A DNA stretch of 63,600 nt, filler included, from Octopus bimaculoides (GCF_001194135.2; 4 parts of 3 records of this genome joined end to end with filler, not necessarily neighbours in it), one strand, 5' to 3'; shown: positions 13,640-28,566, numbered from the whole stretch's first letter. Made by a program: numbers and translations. The notes: generated by a model from the letters alone, not told the origin.

Positions 13640-13866
13640 ACATATACATATAAAATAAAATACATCGGAAAAGTAATCCAAAATCCTTGTCCGGTATCGG
13701 ATCGATCCCAATCTGAGACCGTGCCAATCATAAGGCCAAACATCGCTGAAAAGTTCATCCGAATCCTGCCAGCGGTTCTGGAGATATCTTTCCACGGACA
13801 ATCAAACAAACTAACAAGCACGACTGAAAACAACACCTCCGCCTTCGTTAAGGTGGAGGTAATAAA
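13640..13866 (-). mobile_element. DINE-1/Helentron-associated-like non-autonomous element
   Basis: Terminal TTATTACCTCC with an 11-bp hairpin (13835-13845/13850-13860, 10/11 paired), a GTTT microsatellite and GATATCTCC...AACCGC...GGATTCGGATGAA. This is the recalled DINE-1-like layout. Confidence 0.5.
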
Positions 13867-13891
13867 GGCAGGGAGAAAACGGAAGGAAAAT

Positions 13892-15792
<1,901 letters not shown>

Positions 15793-16249
15793 ACTCATTG
15801 CTTTTTAGAAATCCATGACGATTGTAACTTTTAATGTTTTGCCAAACTTTATTTTTTCCATACATCTGCCCTACTTGACAGTACAATTTTTATTGATAAT
15901 TTTAACTTACTCATTGGATTTATACTGTATAAAATTTCTTTCGTTATTAATATATCATTTTAATAAAATGTTGCTTTGAATTTGACAGACACTTTAACTT
16001 TTAGTTAAAGAATCAAACAATAAGCAATCAATAAAGAATGGTACAAGATTGAGAAACTGAGGCGAAGTTTATCAATAAGAATAAGGAGAGAAAATGAACT
16101 TCATAAGAGAAACTTTACTTCGCCTGATTTTTAATCACTTTCATAACTACCTCATTTCATATTGTGAATTCATAAACTTAGGATTATCAGGAAGGTTATA
16201 AACTACCTTTCCTATATATACCTCACATCTATAGAATTTATTTGTCGTT

Positions 16250-17523
16250 GGTCCTGAGAATTCTAAAAGATCAGAAATAAATCAAATAATAGACACACAT
16301 TTTTGTAGTTAGTTTACTGAAATAAATAGACATTCGTAAATAAACGCTATATTTAGTAGAATAATTCAATATTAATTTCTACGTTGGTATTTGTTTGGTT
16401 TAAATTCTCGAGTATATCTGAGAGTTATTCCAGTTTTCTGTACAAAAACTTCTTTTGAATCAAATCCCAAAACTCAGTTTGCTGATTCGCTCAGAAAAGT
16501 TCCCATATCTTTTTTCTCAATTCCTATACACGACAAAGCACTCGGCCTCGTGAGAGCAACAAACTTCAGTGAGTAAAAGAGAGCTTTAAAACTTTCTCCT
16601 AACTCTTCATGAGTAAGTAAGCGTGATTTAGAAGATATGCTTTTAATTATTGAACATTTTGACTATTTTGTTCATAAATACTTTCAATTTACTTTCAAAA
16701 AGTCGTTTTGCAATTAGTATTTCGTGAAGTAAAAATCAATGAGTGACTAGAATTATCATACTTTGTTCTTTTTATTTTAAGAAATTAAAAAAGTTTTGGT
16801 GTGCCAGTCATTGAGTGCCCGCCATTTGTACCTAGTCCTCTGCAATTTATCAAAGCCAAATTATTTTCATTCATGGAACTATTAAAATTTGAAATACAGC
16901 TTTGCTTCAAGTTTTCAAAGGAACGGTGTATTAAATACTCTGTATTTCCGCACAATCTATAAATGTGAAATAATGTAATTGTTGTACTTACCATATTTCC
17001 TGACGCATCTACTTACAGCGCAAATACCTTGTTCTTCTTTGCAAGGATATCCTTCAACTACATCTTAGTAACTTGAGATATACCTAGACCGAACCCGTCT
17101 TCTCATCATTGTTAAAAAAAAGATCTACTTTTAAAACATTTTCGACTTAAATTCGCGTTCATTGTTCCAGCTATAACATAACAAGTATCTTCTATGGTTC
17201 TATAGGCTTTGGCCGTTATAGTAGCAACTAAGTAACTTGCCAGTTAAGCTTTAACTGATATTTCTAATTTTTTTTTTACATGTTGCAGATTATTTCGTCG
17301 TAGATTTCCTAATCTTATTGATGTATTCAAACGGTTCTCCCGATAAATAATAACGTTTGAACATAAATCGGCATTTTAATATATTCCATGCCATACTTTC
17401 GTTTGCAAATATACCACCACACAACAAATACCGGTGAAAGGATTTCCTTTGTCACCAGAAAATGTATAATCCAAGTTTCCGATAATATCCATTATATTAT
17501 TGAGGTTTAGAAAATCTCCCTGT
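16250..17523 (-). mobile_element. Decayed hAT (Buster/Charlie-type) transposase
   Basis: LLCGGIFANESM...EPFEY (BED-like region), CRGLGTNGGHSMTG (CxGxxTDGAxxMTG), THxxLHE, LSDILENLN; many stops. Left boundary is uncertain. Confidence 0.7.
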
Positions 17524-17659
17524 ACTTAACCCCACCCACCCAATACCCTATATTCCACATTGAAATGTTTGAATAATTCATTTGTTTATAGTTCAATCTG
17601 TACAATTTGTGATAGTTATCTTCAAGAGCATTTATTTTATCATTTAAAAACTTACCAAA

Positions 17660-18021
17660 GACATGCACTGACCAAATAAAATAATAAGAAAGATGGAGTG
17701 CCAGTGGGTTGAGAGAAAAGCAGAGAGGAATAGAGAAGTACCCATAGGAAGATAAAGATAGATGTGTAGATAGAGGGAAGGTCAGATATAACGATAGGAG
17801 ACAAGAAGGAAAGGTACGCAGATACAAAAAAGGATAGAAAGATAATAAAGTTAAAATGGTAGAAAAAGCAAAATAGAAATGTGAATATAAAGATGAAGAG
17901 AAGATAGACACGACACAGACGGACACAAAGCATAGACAGATAGATAGATAGATAGATAGATAGATAGTCATGACACATAGATAGTCATGACACATAGATA
18001 GTCATGACACATAGATAGTCA

Positions 18022-18088
<67 letters not shown>

Positions 18089-18310
18089 GAGAGAGAGATA
18101 AAAACATAGGGTAAAAATCAGATATTAATTAATATCGATTTATTACCAGGAAGCTAGCATATTTAAAGAATCCGAGAGATTCAGAAAAATATCTGAAATC
18201 TAAGTGGATTAAGGTATATTTTTATATATAGAAATATGACCAGTAGGGTGGACATTTAATATGCTAGAAATAGCTCACATGTTGTGTCTACTAAGACCTA
18301 AACTCCGAAA
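17660..18310. repeat. Unclassified composite repeat, copy A
   Basis: Purine-rich block plus TAGGGTAAAA...CTACTAAGACCTA block; homologous to 23620-24570. Confidence 0.6.
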
Positions 18311-18872
18311 CCTTGGTCCACGAATAACTTTTTAATTATATGTAATTTTCAATGTNNNNNNNNNNNNNNNNNNNNNNNNNNNNNNNNNNNNNNNNNNNNN
18401 NNNNNNNNNNNNNNNNNNNNNNNNNNNNNNNNNNNNNNNNNNNNNNNNNNNNNNNNNNNNNNNNNNNNNNNNNNNNNNNNNNNNNNNNNNNNNNNNNNNN
18501 NNNNNNNNNNNNNNNNNNNNNNNNNNNNNNNNNNNNNNNNNNNNNNNNNNNNNNNNNNNNNNNNNNNNNNNNNNNNNNNNNNNNNNNNNNNNNNNNNNNN
18601 NNNNNNNNNNNNNNNNNNNNNNNNNNNNNNNNNNNNNNNNNNNNNNNNNNNNNNNNNNNNNNNNNNNNNNNNNNNNNNNNNNNNNNNNNNNNNNNNNNNN
18701 NNNNNNNNNNNNNNNNNNNNNNNNNNNNNNNNNNNNNNNNNNNNNNNNNNNNNNNNNNNNNNNNNNNNNNNNNNNNNNNNNNNNNNNNNNNNNNNNNNNN
18801 NNNNNNNNNNNNNNNNNNNNNNNNNNNNNNNNNNNNNNNNNNNNNNNNNNNNNNNNNNNNTATATATATATC

Positions 18873-18910
<38 letters not shown>

Positions 18911-18914
18911 AGGA

Positions 18915-20946
18915 TAGATAGATTTCTTTATTAGCCACGCAGGGCATAACACAGAGGGGACAATATAATGCAAAATTTTTCTTTTCGAAAAAAGACCAAA
19001 AGGGATCAAAAACGTTTTGGGACGTGTACACAAGAAAATAAGAAAAGTGTCGTTTTTAACAATTAGAGTTCCCAAAAGGGGATGTAAATATAACAGTGAC
19101 AAAGTTTATCTGTTGAAAGAAAAACCGACGAAAAGAACGACGATAACCGCGGAAACGAAAAAAAAAAAAAAAGAACAGCATGAGAGCAAAGCGCTCTTTC
19201 TCTCTACGTTTTATAGGATCATGCTTAAGGTGGTTCCATCATTCATGCGTACCATCCTTGCAACATTCACCCACCTTTTGTTAAACTTTTCATTAGACAA
19301 AACTTCCCTCTCTATTCTCACCTTCGTTTTTAAGTGATACATGAAAACGTTGAGGAGAGGTTGGCCAGAGAGGAAAGTGTTTGTCTCTAAACCTTTTAAA
19401 CATGTCCCCTATACACATTTTTTTTTTACCATAGCCACCATTACAATGAAAACTACCTTGCCTTCCCGGTTAAAGGAAGGTGGCGTGACAATATTCACGA
19501 TAGACTCGGCTGACAACCGAATTCGTCTCACACGTGACAGCAGCCGTTCGACATAGACCCACAGGTCTGATATGTTGGACATTGCACGAATGGGTTCAGA
19601 ATGATTTCGTCGCTCTCACCGCATCTCGAGCAGGTCGGTTCTATCTTTTTTGATCCGTGTCTGTAGAGCTTATCTTCAACGGGCAATGCTTCCTGATAGC
19701 ACTGCCAGGCTAGGGATCTCTGGAAAATGTCCATAGGTCCTGGCCGAAGAGGTGGGTCAGGTATTGCCTATCGACGCACAGGATCTCTTGCACCTCCCCT
19801 CCTCTAATCCTCTATAGAACGCCTTCGTGGAATGGAAGTCGCACACATATGATCCCGGACGGCAGGGCTGCTGCATATCCATGATTGCAGTTTGGTCAAT
19901 AGAACGAGGTGCGGGAAAGCGCATCTCACAAACGGTGACCACACTTGTTCACCGTCGTCTATGAAACGCTGGAAATGTCGCAATCTCAGCGCATGATGGC
20001 CATCATTAGACACGGCATACGTAGCCCTCCATTTAGCGGATGTTGGTAGCAAATGGGTCACCTGACCATCGAAACATTTCCCTTCCACAAAAGCGGAAGA
20101 GTATGCGTTCCACTTTCGTGAGGGTAGTGTCGGGACAAGGCACAACAGTCAGATGGTAGTAGATAACGGATGCGACGTACGCATTTGCAACCTCAGCCCG
20201 ACTTTTTAGAGATAGCTTCCTCTTGGCTCATTGCTGAGTGAGAGTCAGCACCCTACTTGAAATATCGTCCTAGTTCTTCTCCATTTGAAGATCTGGACCG
20301 AACCAGATCCCGAGCAATTTAACTGATCCGTCGGTTCAATGTTCCACGACGTTGGACGGTATGGGTTTGCTTATCCAGGTGTCAAGCCACATACTCACTT
20401 ATGTTAATTTTCGCTCCCGTTACAGCTTCGTATTCCTTTAGTGTCTTGCCGACCAGGTCAATGTGCCTGTGGCTTGACACTATGACGGGTGGCATTGCCC
20501 GCGTAGGCAGACACGCTCGTCCCGCATCTCAATTCTCGCGGGATGGCTCTCAGTGTCGCCAGCTTCCGCAGTAGTGACTCTAGAGTCAATATATACAGAA
20601 GTGACGAGAGTGGGCATCCTTGACGGACCGAACGCTTGATGTTAAATGGTCTAGATAGATGACCATTTATGCGAACTACCGAGTGGATGATGCTGCATAA
20701 AGCAGCGATCCAACCGCAGAAGACTGGTCCGTAAGCAGCCGCCCTAAGGACAGTCTACAAGTATCGCTAGTCGATCCTATTGAGAGGTTTTGATTGATCC
20801 AAATTGATCAGCGCCCCATCCATGCCAGGTTCCTTAACTAGCCTATCGATGATGTAGTGCATGAGATGGAGGTTGTCAGGGATACTTCTGCCTGGCTCGG
20901 TGCATGTTTGCGCTTTGTCGACCAGTTTCTCGATGACAAACGTCCA

Positions 20947-20950
<4 letters not shown>
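18915..20950 (-). mobile_element. L1-Tx1 clade retrotransposon, RT to 3' end, decayed
   Basis: GRSIPDNLHL, ALINLDQSK, SVRQGCPLS, SAYAG (YADD), CSRCGESDEIILNPFVQC; 3' UTR ends with AATAAA next to TATC/TC repeats. Confidence 0.85.
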
Positions 20951-21045
<95 letters not shown>

Positions 21046-21060
21046 AGAGAGAGGGAGAGA
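20951..21060. repeat. (GA)n/(TC)n microsatellite
   Basis: Visible. Confidence 0.97.
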
Positions 21061-21069
21061 ATCACTTAC

Positions 21070-22900
21070 TGTTCGAAAGTTGGGGATTTTCTTCAGTGAG
21101 GAGATTTTTGTCCAGATTTTAGATGTTTTTTAGAATGTTCTTTGGATATTTTTTAATGTTTTTGAAATATCCATACTGAATAAAAGTAGAGAGATTTCAT
21201 TAATTTGTGTGTTTTGTGTGGTATGTACTAACTGTATGTGTTGTAGTAATGTTGTGTATGCATGGTTGTTTTCTGTTTTGTCAGTGTGAGACCTGATGTA
21301 TTGCATCAGGTCCAAATTGTTGGTGTTAATTGCCGCTAAAATTGTGGGGCCACTTGGCGTTTGTGCGTTTGTAGCGTCGTTGTTTGTATTGTCATTGTGT
21401 GTGGCAGTTTTGTTATCGGGAATGGTATATCTCGCTGCTTTGTTTGACGGGGTTGTTGTTCTTTTTTACCCCCTTTTTCATCTCTGCACTGTGATCATTT
21501 ACCTTTCTTCTGTGTCGTCTTCATCAGCCGACATGTCTGAAGAATCAGAAAATGCGAGGGGAGGGTACTGGGATCGATTTGTGTGTGTCTAAATGTTGAT
21601 GTTGTTGCTGTTGTTAGTGCTGGCTGGTGGCTGGTGGCTGTTGGGATGTGGTATATGAGTTGTTGGGGTGAGGGGTTAGTCCTTTCCTTTTTCCTGGTTT
21701 TGGTGCTTCTTCTGTAGTTGTTTTTGTTGGTGGTGATGGTGTTGCTTCTGTTTTTGATGTCGCTAATGGTGGTGTTGGTTTGTTGGGTTGGTTGGGTTGG
21801 TTTGTTGGTTGGTGGAGTTGTTTCATCTGTTGGTAGAGCTATTTTATCTGTTGTGCTGATGGTGGTGTGGGTAACAGTGCTGATTTGTGTTGGGTTTTTG
21901 GTGTTGCTGTTGATGGTCTTATGCTAATTTGCAATCTATTTTAAGATGGTTTTTGCTACCACAAAAGGTAGCAACGTAGCCTTCTGTCTTCAATGGCCAC
22001 ATGTAGAGTCGTGCCATCCAGAAGTTTTATTAAATCTGGGAGATTTTCAGTCGTCTCTTGATTTACCTGGATTAATACCTCTAAACCCTGTCCTACCCAG
22101 TTTTGCAGTTCCAGAAGGGCAATTTCTAATATATTTTTTTCTTCTTCAATATCATAGCATACGACTGACACCAGCCGTCTTATTTCTATCTTAGGGGGCA
22201 CATCTTTAATTCTTATCTTCGTCATCCGACCATTATAAATTTCTCGCATTCCAGAGTTTTTGTTGAGAGTTCTTTTGTGTGCTCTTCTTGTCGAATCTTA
22301 CTGCGATCGCAGCAAATCTTTTGCCCCATGCGATGTATTTTTGTAAGCCCATATGGGCCGTAGACACTTTTCAACCGTTTGCTAAGTGGCCTGTTCCAGT
22401 ATTTTAGTCTTTATGTTCTAGGTTTTATAAATTATGTTTGTTTTTCAAATGTCCTGCGAAATGCTTTGTGGGATGTTTAGTTTTATTTTACTGTTTTCTT
22501 TGTTTAATAAATGTTTGCATTGTAGTAGGTCCTATGTTGAGAAGGAAACTAAATGTCTTTTGCCTTAAAACAGAAGCAAGATCATTTAGTGTGTCAACGT
22601 TATTGTTGTGGTAGTAGCTTTCGTAAGAGTGGCAGTAGCTTTCGTAAGAGTGGTAGTAGCTTTCGTAAGAGTGGTAGTAGCAGGAGAGGTGATAATGGTG
22701 GTGACAGGAGAGGTGACATTGGTGGTTGCACCGTTCAATGTTTTACGAGTATTCGTTTTCTCTGCTTTTCCTTCCGACTCTTTCGGAAGGGGAACTTGCG
22801 TCAGTATGCGGATTGTCGTTGTTCAAATGTATGTATGAGTGAGTGTGTGTGTGCGTGACAGTGTATCAGTGTTTTCTTTCTTGTTCGTAGTTTTCGATAA
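21070..22900 (-). mobile_element. Tx1-like ORF1 (gag-like) region
   Basis: TKIRIKDVPP...WVGQGL...IEDRR followed by a frameshifted CYLCGSKNHLKIDC (CX2CX4HX4C) at ~21930-21980. A 21-bp tandem repeat x3 lies at 22610-22680. Confidence 0.7.
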
Positions 22901-22934
22901 TGGTAGTGGTGGAAACTCAATTTGTAATGGGGAG

Positions 22935-23420
22935 GTTATCCGTGGAAAGAAAAACCTACGAAAAGACCACGGTAACCGCGGTCTTTAGCGTCACAGTTTG
23001 TTAAATAAAATTTCTTTTATTTAAGCAAGAAACGTGAGTAACTCTCTGTTTACAAAATTTTAAAACGTTTTATAGAATCATGGTCAAGGTGGCTTCGTCA
23101 TTTATACGTGCCATTTTTGCTACATGTATCCATCTTTTTTCGAAACATTTGCTACACAACATTTGCCTCTCTACTCTCACCTTCCTTTTCAAGTGATACT
23201 TGAAAAAGTTGATGAGAGATTGACCAGAGAGGAAAGTATTTGTCTCTAATCCTTTCAGACGCGTCCACCAGATGCATTCTTTGGCCATAGCCACAAGTAC
23301 GGTAAATACAGCTCTTCCTTCCCGTTTAAAGGAAGGAGGCGTGACGATATTGACGATAGACTCGGTTGATAAACCGACTCGTCCCACACGCGACAGCAGT
23401 CGTTCGACATAAGCCCACAA
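22935..23420 (-). mobile_element. Second Tx1 3' end (ORF2 C-terminus plus UTR)
   Basis: WAYVERLLSRV...PPSFKREG...KGLETNTFLSGQ; diverged homologue of 19200-19560. Confidence 0.8.
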
Positions 23421-23619
23421 AATTATATTGAACGATACAGATATTTATAAATAATGAAAGTGTTGCGAGTAGGGACGTGTTTGTGCGAAGCAACGCTAAT
23501 AGGAAAGATGGTGTTCCTTCTAATTAAAATTCTCAGATAAAACAGGTGTTGAAAATATAGCAAATGATCACGCCAGTGGACAACGCAAAAAGAACGGTGG
23601 ATTTTGAGAAAGATAAAGG

Positions 23620-23952
23620 TCATGTAGTACTATGTGATAAGAGAGAAAAGGAGAGATTACTAGTGGGTTGAGAGAAAGCCAGAGAGGGAGACAAAGGAAG
23701 GGCTGTAGGGAGGTAAGCCTGGATATATAGATACACATGGAATTAAAGTTAGAGAGGAAACATTGAGAGAAAGATGACAAGCAAAAGGGAAAAGGACGCA
23801 GGTAGAGAAAATGGTGGAGATAGTTAAGTAAAATTGGTAAAGAGAAGGTGAATATAACGAGGAAATGAAGATAGAAAACAAGAAACAAGAAATATATATA
23901 TATATATATAATGATAATATAAATAATATGTATATATGCACACACACACGCG

Positions 23953-23983
<31 letters not shown>

Positions 23984-24570
23984 ACACACATGTACATGCC
24001 TACATATATATGTATATATACATGCATATATGGGTATAGCACGTCAAAAATAAAAACCTGAACAAAATGAGAAACGGGAACATAAAAGACAAAAGCATAG
24101 AAAATTAACTTTTTTCCGAACAACGAAAGAAACATAGAAAAACGAGACAGGCAACATAAAGAACATTCCCTTCATCAGTTGTCCCCTGTTTTATCTACTC
24201 CGGGTTTCGAAAGTATATACATTCAACTTTGGAGAGAATATCTATCTATCTATCCATATACTTAATGATACAATTCAAAAGTCTTCGTTTTGGCGCGCTA
24301 ATTCCGGAAATAGCTCTGCAGAAAATGGTTACTGCACTTTGAGAACTTGGTTATGGTTAATCAAATTAAAACATTAGGGTAAAAAAATTGGATATTAATT
24401 AATATCGAATTATTATTAGGAATCAAGCACATTAAAAGAATCAGAGAAATTCAGAAAAAATATCTGAGATCTCAAGGGATTATTGTATATGTATATATAA
24501 AGAAGACCACTAGGTGGACTGTTAATGTGCTAGAAGAAGATCACATGTAATGTGTCTACTAAGACCTAAT
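23620..24570. repeat. Unclassified composite repeat, copy B
   Basis: Homologous to 17660-18310, same orientation. Confidence 0.6.
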
Positions 24571-24635
24571 TGTTCTCAAATGAAATTCAGCGAAATACCA
24601 AAACGTATGCGGGCAAGACAATGAAAATTACATAA

Positions 24636-24782
24636 ATATAAATTATCCGTGTACTATAGTTTCGAAATCAACATCCTCTTACCGAAACTATCTGTTTCTC
24701 GTCAGTACGAAATGTAAGGTAAACAGATATTTTCGGTAAGAGAATGTTGATTTCGAAACTATAGTACACGGATAATTTATAT
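24636..24782. repeat. 62-bp inverted repeat (60/62 identity) with a 23-bp spacer
   Basis: Arms 24636-24697 and 24721-24782 compared base by base. Confidence 0.95.
24648..24709 (-). ncRNA. Type-I hammerhead-like motif with intact core
   Basis: CTGACGA (24705-24699), GAAAC (24663-24659), palindromic ACTATAGT stem III, GUA triplet; stem I is short (3/4). Confidence 0.55.
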
Positions 24783-24859
24783 ATATATACACACATAAAC
24801 ATACAAAAATTAATGTTTAACCGTATATCAATAAGAAATAGACGATTGAAGCCTGGTCC

Positions 24860-25315
24860 GGATGCACAAGTAGAGACAAATCTAAATGTCCTCTAAGATA
24901 GGAGTGCGACACATCTTCCATTGTTTATGAAGCACAGGTTTCATGCAAGTACTAATTTTAAATGTTATATCGGAGCCGTAGAGGGAAAATTTAAATCAGC
25001 ATAAGAGAGCACTCTTTCGAATTTTAAGTACCGTGATCAGCGAAATTCAACAACCCTTTCAGCTTTATTGTGAAACCTAAAGATGAAGGGACCAAGTTCG
25101 ATTTCAAATGGAAACTTCTCTCTTAATCCAGACCCTGTATTAACGGGTCTAGATAACGCTCAGTGTGTTCGCTTGAAAAACTCTATCTATCAAAACACTT
25201 GAGAACCTCCAACTAATACATAAATTCAAGGAACGAGATTTTTTCTCTATGTCCACGTTTAAAAAAATACATCATGTCGGAATTTAAAAGTAGACCACCG
25301 GACTCTTAGTAAACC
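24860..25315 (+). mobile_element. Penelope-like GIY-YIG endonuclease fragment, decayed
   Basis: CTSRDKSKCPL...SIVYEAQV...KWKLL...NGS...CSLEKL...INSRNEIFSLCP; stops and frameshifts. Confidence 0.75.
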
Positions 25316-25989
25316 ATTAAAACCTGGTTTGCGTCTGCTTGACATCAAATTATTGTAACGATAAGGCATATCAGAGAAGTTAAAATTCAAATTAAAACTT
25401 TATGCGATTTTCTTGGTCGTGAAAAAAATTATTTTATAATCTAAATATCTTTAGGCATTTGCAGTCACCATATTTAACATTACCCTGCACATAACACAAA
25501 ATTTTCATGATTTTAATTATGTTTCTTCTTTTATTCAAAAACTTCTCGGTTCGCAATTAGTTTTCAATGAAAATCGTGAGTATTGAATTGTTTTATTCAT
25601 CTTTCCAAAATGTAATTGCATAGTGGCATTTGTGACCTTCTATATTCAGTATTTCGTTGAAAATTATTCTAATATGTGCTACATTTTCACAAATATCGCT
25701 TATATATGGGGGGAAAATGGTTGCTGTCTTTAGTGCTGATAGAGTTTTGCGCCAAAGGTAAATCATCAATCAAATCTGGTGTAGAATAGGCCAGCATTCC
25801 CCTCATCAAAAGGCTCGTCCGCCACAGGGTGAATGGACAGCAGTGACGTGAAATGAAGAGCTCTGCGCAAGAATACAACACACATACATTCTGGGAATCG
25901 AAATCGCGATCTGCAGATAGCTAGCCTCCTTATAACTAGCCTTCCGGCCTTCACATATTAGTACACACACGCACACACACATATATATA

Positions 25990-26203
25990 CTTAACGTAGT
26001 TCTCAGGGAGATTCAGCGTGACACAGAGTGTGACAAGGCTGGCCCTTTAGAATATAGTTACTACTCATTTTTGCCAGCTGAGTGGAATGGAGCAACGTGA
26101 AATAAAGTGCATTGCTCAAGGACACAACGCGTCGCCGGGAATTGAACTGTCGACCTTACGATCATGAGCCGAACGCCCTAACCACTAAGCCATGCGCCTT
26201 CAC
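25990..26203 (-). mobile_element. tRNA-derived SINE, family C
   Basis: Minus strand TGGCTTAGTGGTTAG (A box), AGTTCAATTCC (B box), CCTTGAGCAA. Related fragments at ~44985-45090 and ~35865-35910. Confidence 0.8.
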
Positions 26204-26237
26204 CATATATCTATATCTATATCTATCTATATATCTA

Positions 26238-26269
<32 letters not shown>

Positions 26270-27488
26270 GATAATATGAGGGTATATTTCACCGGTGATC
26301 GTAACGGACGGGAGATATGGATCCATTTTAGGTTTCCGATTTAGCAGATATATATTTGTGAAAGAGGACAACAAATGACGAGGCATAACATGCATCTCAA
26401 GTCTTACATTTATCTATATTATTCTTAAATTAGTTGAAGTCTTGCAGCTGTTTTGGGAATATACCAAGTGATAGGCGAGCATGCCAGAATATGCAGTATT
26501 CCGTCATCAGAGACAAGTAGGGAACATATGAAAGATCTAGACTTGGAAAATTCACAGATAATAAGCAATGAAATAGAAGGGTAGATAGATAGTAAGGAAA
26601 TACAGAAATAAAGTTCACAGTTCATTTTTCAGATGATATGGATGATAGTCCGTAGGTGCTTAGGTACAATCCGAGGTAAATCCAGGCCCTATTACGGCAA
26701 AGTATGAGTAGTATGTTCACAGCATAAATACTCAGGTAATATTTTGGCAGAAATGGTAATTGTGAGTTCATATTGAGATGGTTGGTTTGTGAGAGAATGA
26801 CCATAAAAGTGGCTATTAAGTAAAGTGGAGGGAGAAAGAGAAGGATAAAGAAAGAGAAAGAAAGGGAAAGAAATAGAGAGAAAGAAAGATAAAGAAAGAG
26901 AAGGAGGAGACAGAGAGAAATGGGGTAGCCTGTGGGATAGAGAGGATCAAGGAGAATAGGAAAAGAAATAAAGAGAATAATAGATAAGATGCCAGCATTA
27001 TTCCTGAAGTTTAGGGTTGGGGCAAGAGGTTAAGCAGCAGATATTTGTATCAGTTGAATAGATGAAGTTTCAGTTGGTTATGGTTAGTAGCTATAGATAT
27101 ATTTCTACCTATGGAGGTATCAATATATTAAAGGATGAATGGAGAAGCCAGTTAAGTATTTAATTGTTTAGGAATAAAAGTTACAATCTAAGATTTGGAG
27201 ATCTAAGTGGTTAAGGTTTAAAGTTTAGGCGATTAAATTAAAACCAGCAGGCTAGAGTAAAGAATTAACACTTATCTGCCTAGGTACTAATATTGAAGGA
27301 GAAGTATATTATATCGACCATGGAAATATGCAAGTAAGCGTTATGTGTGAATGATAAGTTTACACTTGGACTGACAGAAAATCTTAATGTGCGAAAAAAA
27401 TTGTGTTTACAAGTTGTGAATGCTTCGTTTTGTTTGTTGAGTAATTGTGGTGAGTTATGGTGAAAGTGCAGTGACTTCCCATTGTATA

Positions 27489-27708
27489 TACGAAGGGGTG
27501 GTGAAACGTTCCTGGCTTTAAGAGCATCACGAAAGGCCTCGTTGGAGGCCCAGCCTTCCGAGTTCTTTTACAGGGTTTCAAAAACTGAAGGACTGGTACA
27601 AAAGGTTGTGAATCTGAGAGGGCAATATCATAATTAACTGTTCATGATTAATTGTTCCTCCTGCATTTTATTTTACCCAAGCCAGGAACCTTTCAGCACA
27701 CCGCCGTA
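27489..27708 (+). mobile_element. Mariner-derived MITE
   Basis: ~30-bp imperfect TIRs (TACGAAGGGGTGGTGAAACGTTCCTGGCTT / AAGCCAGGAACCTTTCAGCACACCGCCGTA), TA ends, and an internal remnant of the transposase C-terminus. Second copy at 39967. Confidence 0.8.
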
Positions 27709-27791
27709 TGTATGTAAATAATATATGTGTCTATGTGTGTATGTATGTATGTATGTATGTATGTATGTATGTATGTATGTATGTATGTATG

Positions 27792-27839
<48 letters not shown>

Positions 27840-28255
27840 TACTCCAGTCTCTAACTTCCATATAAGATATCATTGATAATTAACGTCGGAAAGTGTCCGG
27901 ATATTTGTATAAAAGAGGTATACAGAATTTTTACAGCCGCTTTGATGTATTTCGTAATTATTTTATTCTCACAGCAATTCGAAAGGAAAAATTGAACTGC
28001 AGAAATATTTGAAACCTTAACAAGAAAACAAAGAAGAAAAGCTACAATAATGTAGTACTACGTAATTTCCCGGGTTCATTCTCCTAGCGAAGTTACAGCA
28101 GTAACTATGATTTTTCAATTTGTGATGTTCCTAGGAGAACAGAAACATGAAAGGAATTAATACAGTCCATGTTGAGATGCCTATTTATAAAGCCCAGAGA
28201 AAGAAAGAGAGAGAGAGGGGGAAGCGTGAGTGGATGAGTGATACACAAATATACA

Positions 28256-28286
<31 letters not shown>

Positions 28287-28337
28287 ATGTGTGCGTGCGC
28301 GTGTGTGTGCGGATGTGTGTGTGCGTATACGTATATA

Positions 28338-28450
28338 TATACGACGGGTTTCTTTCAGTTTCTGTCAAACAAATCCAGTCATAAAGGCTTTGGTTGGCCC
28401 GACCATGTGGCTAGGAAGCAAGGTTCTTACTACATAGCCACACTGCGCCT
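28338..28450 (-). mobile_element. SINE family B, internally deleted
   Basis: Homologous to both ends of 11255-11422. Confidence 0.75.
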
Positions 28451-28455
28451 ACATA

Positions 28456-28566
<111 letters not shown>

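Noticed and set aside
18270-18325. GAAAC-cttg-GTC with upstream CTACTAAGA
   Set aside because: The CUGANGA core is too divergent to call a hammerhead.
22962-22986. Hairpin in the Tx1 3' UTR as an RT recognition signal
   Set aside because: The homologous UTR at ~19130-19155 does not preserve the pairing.
26400-27330. Possible LINE endonuclease remnant
   Set aside because: Motifs are unconvincing; short matches to 62440-62600 suggest a noncoding PLE-associated repeat instead.
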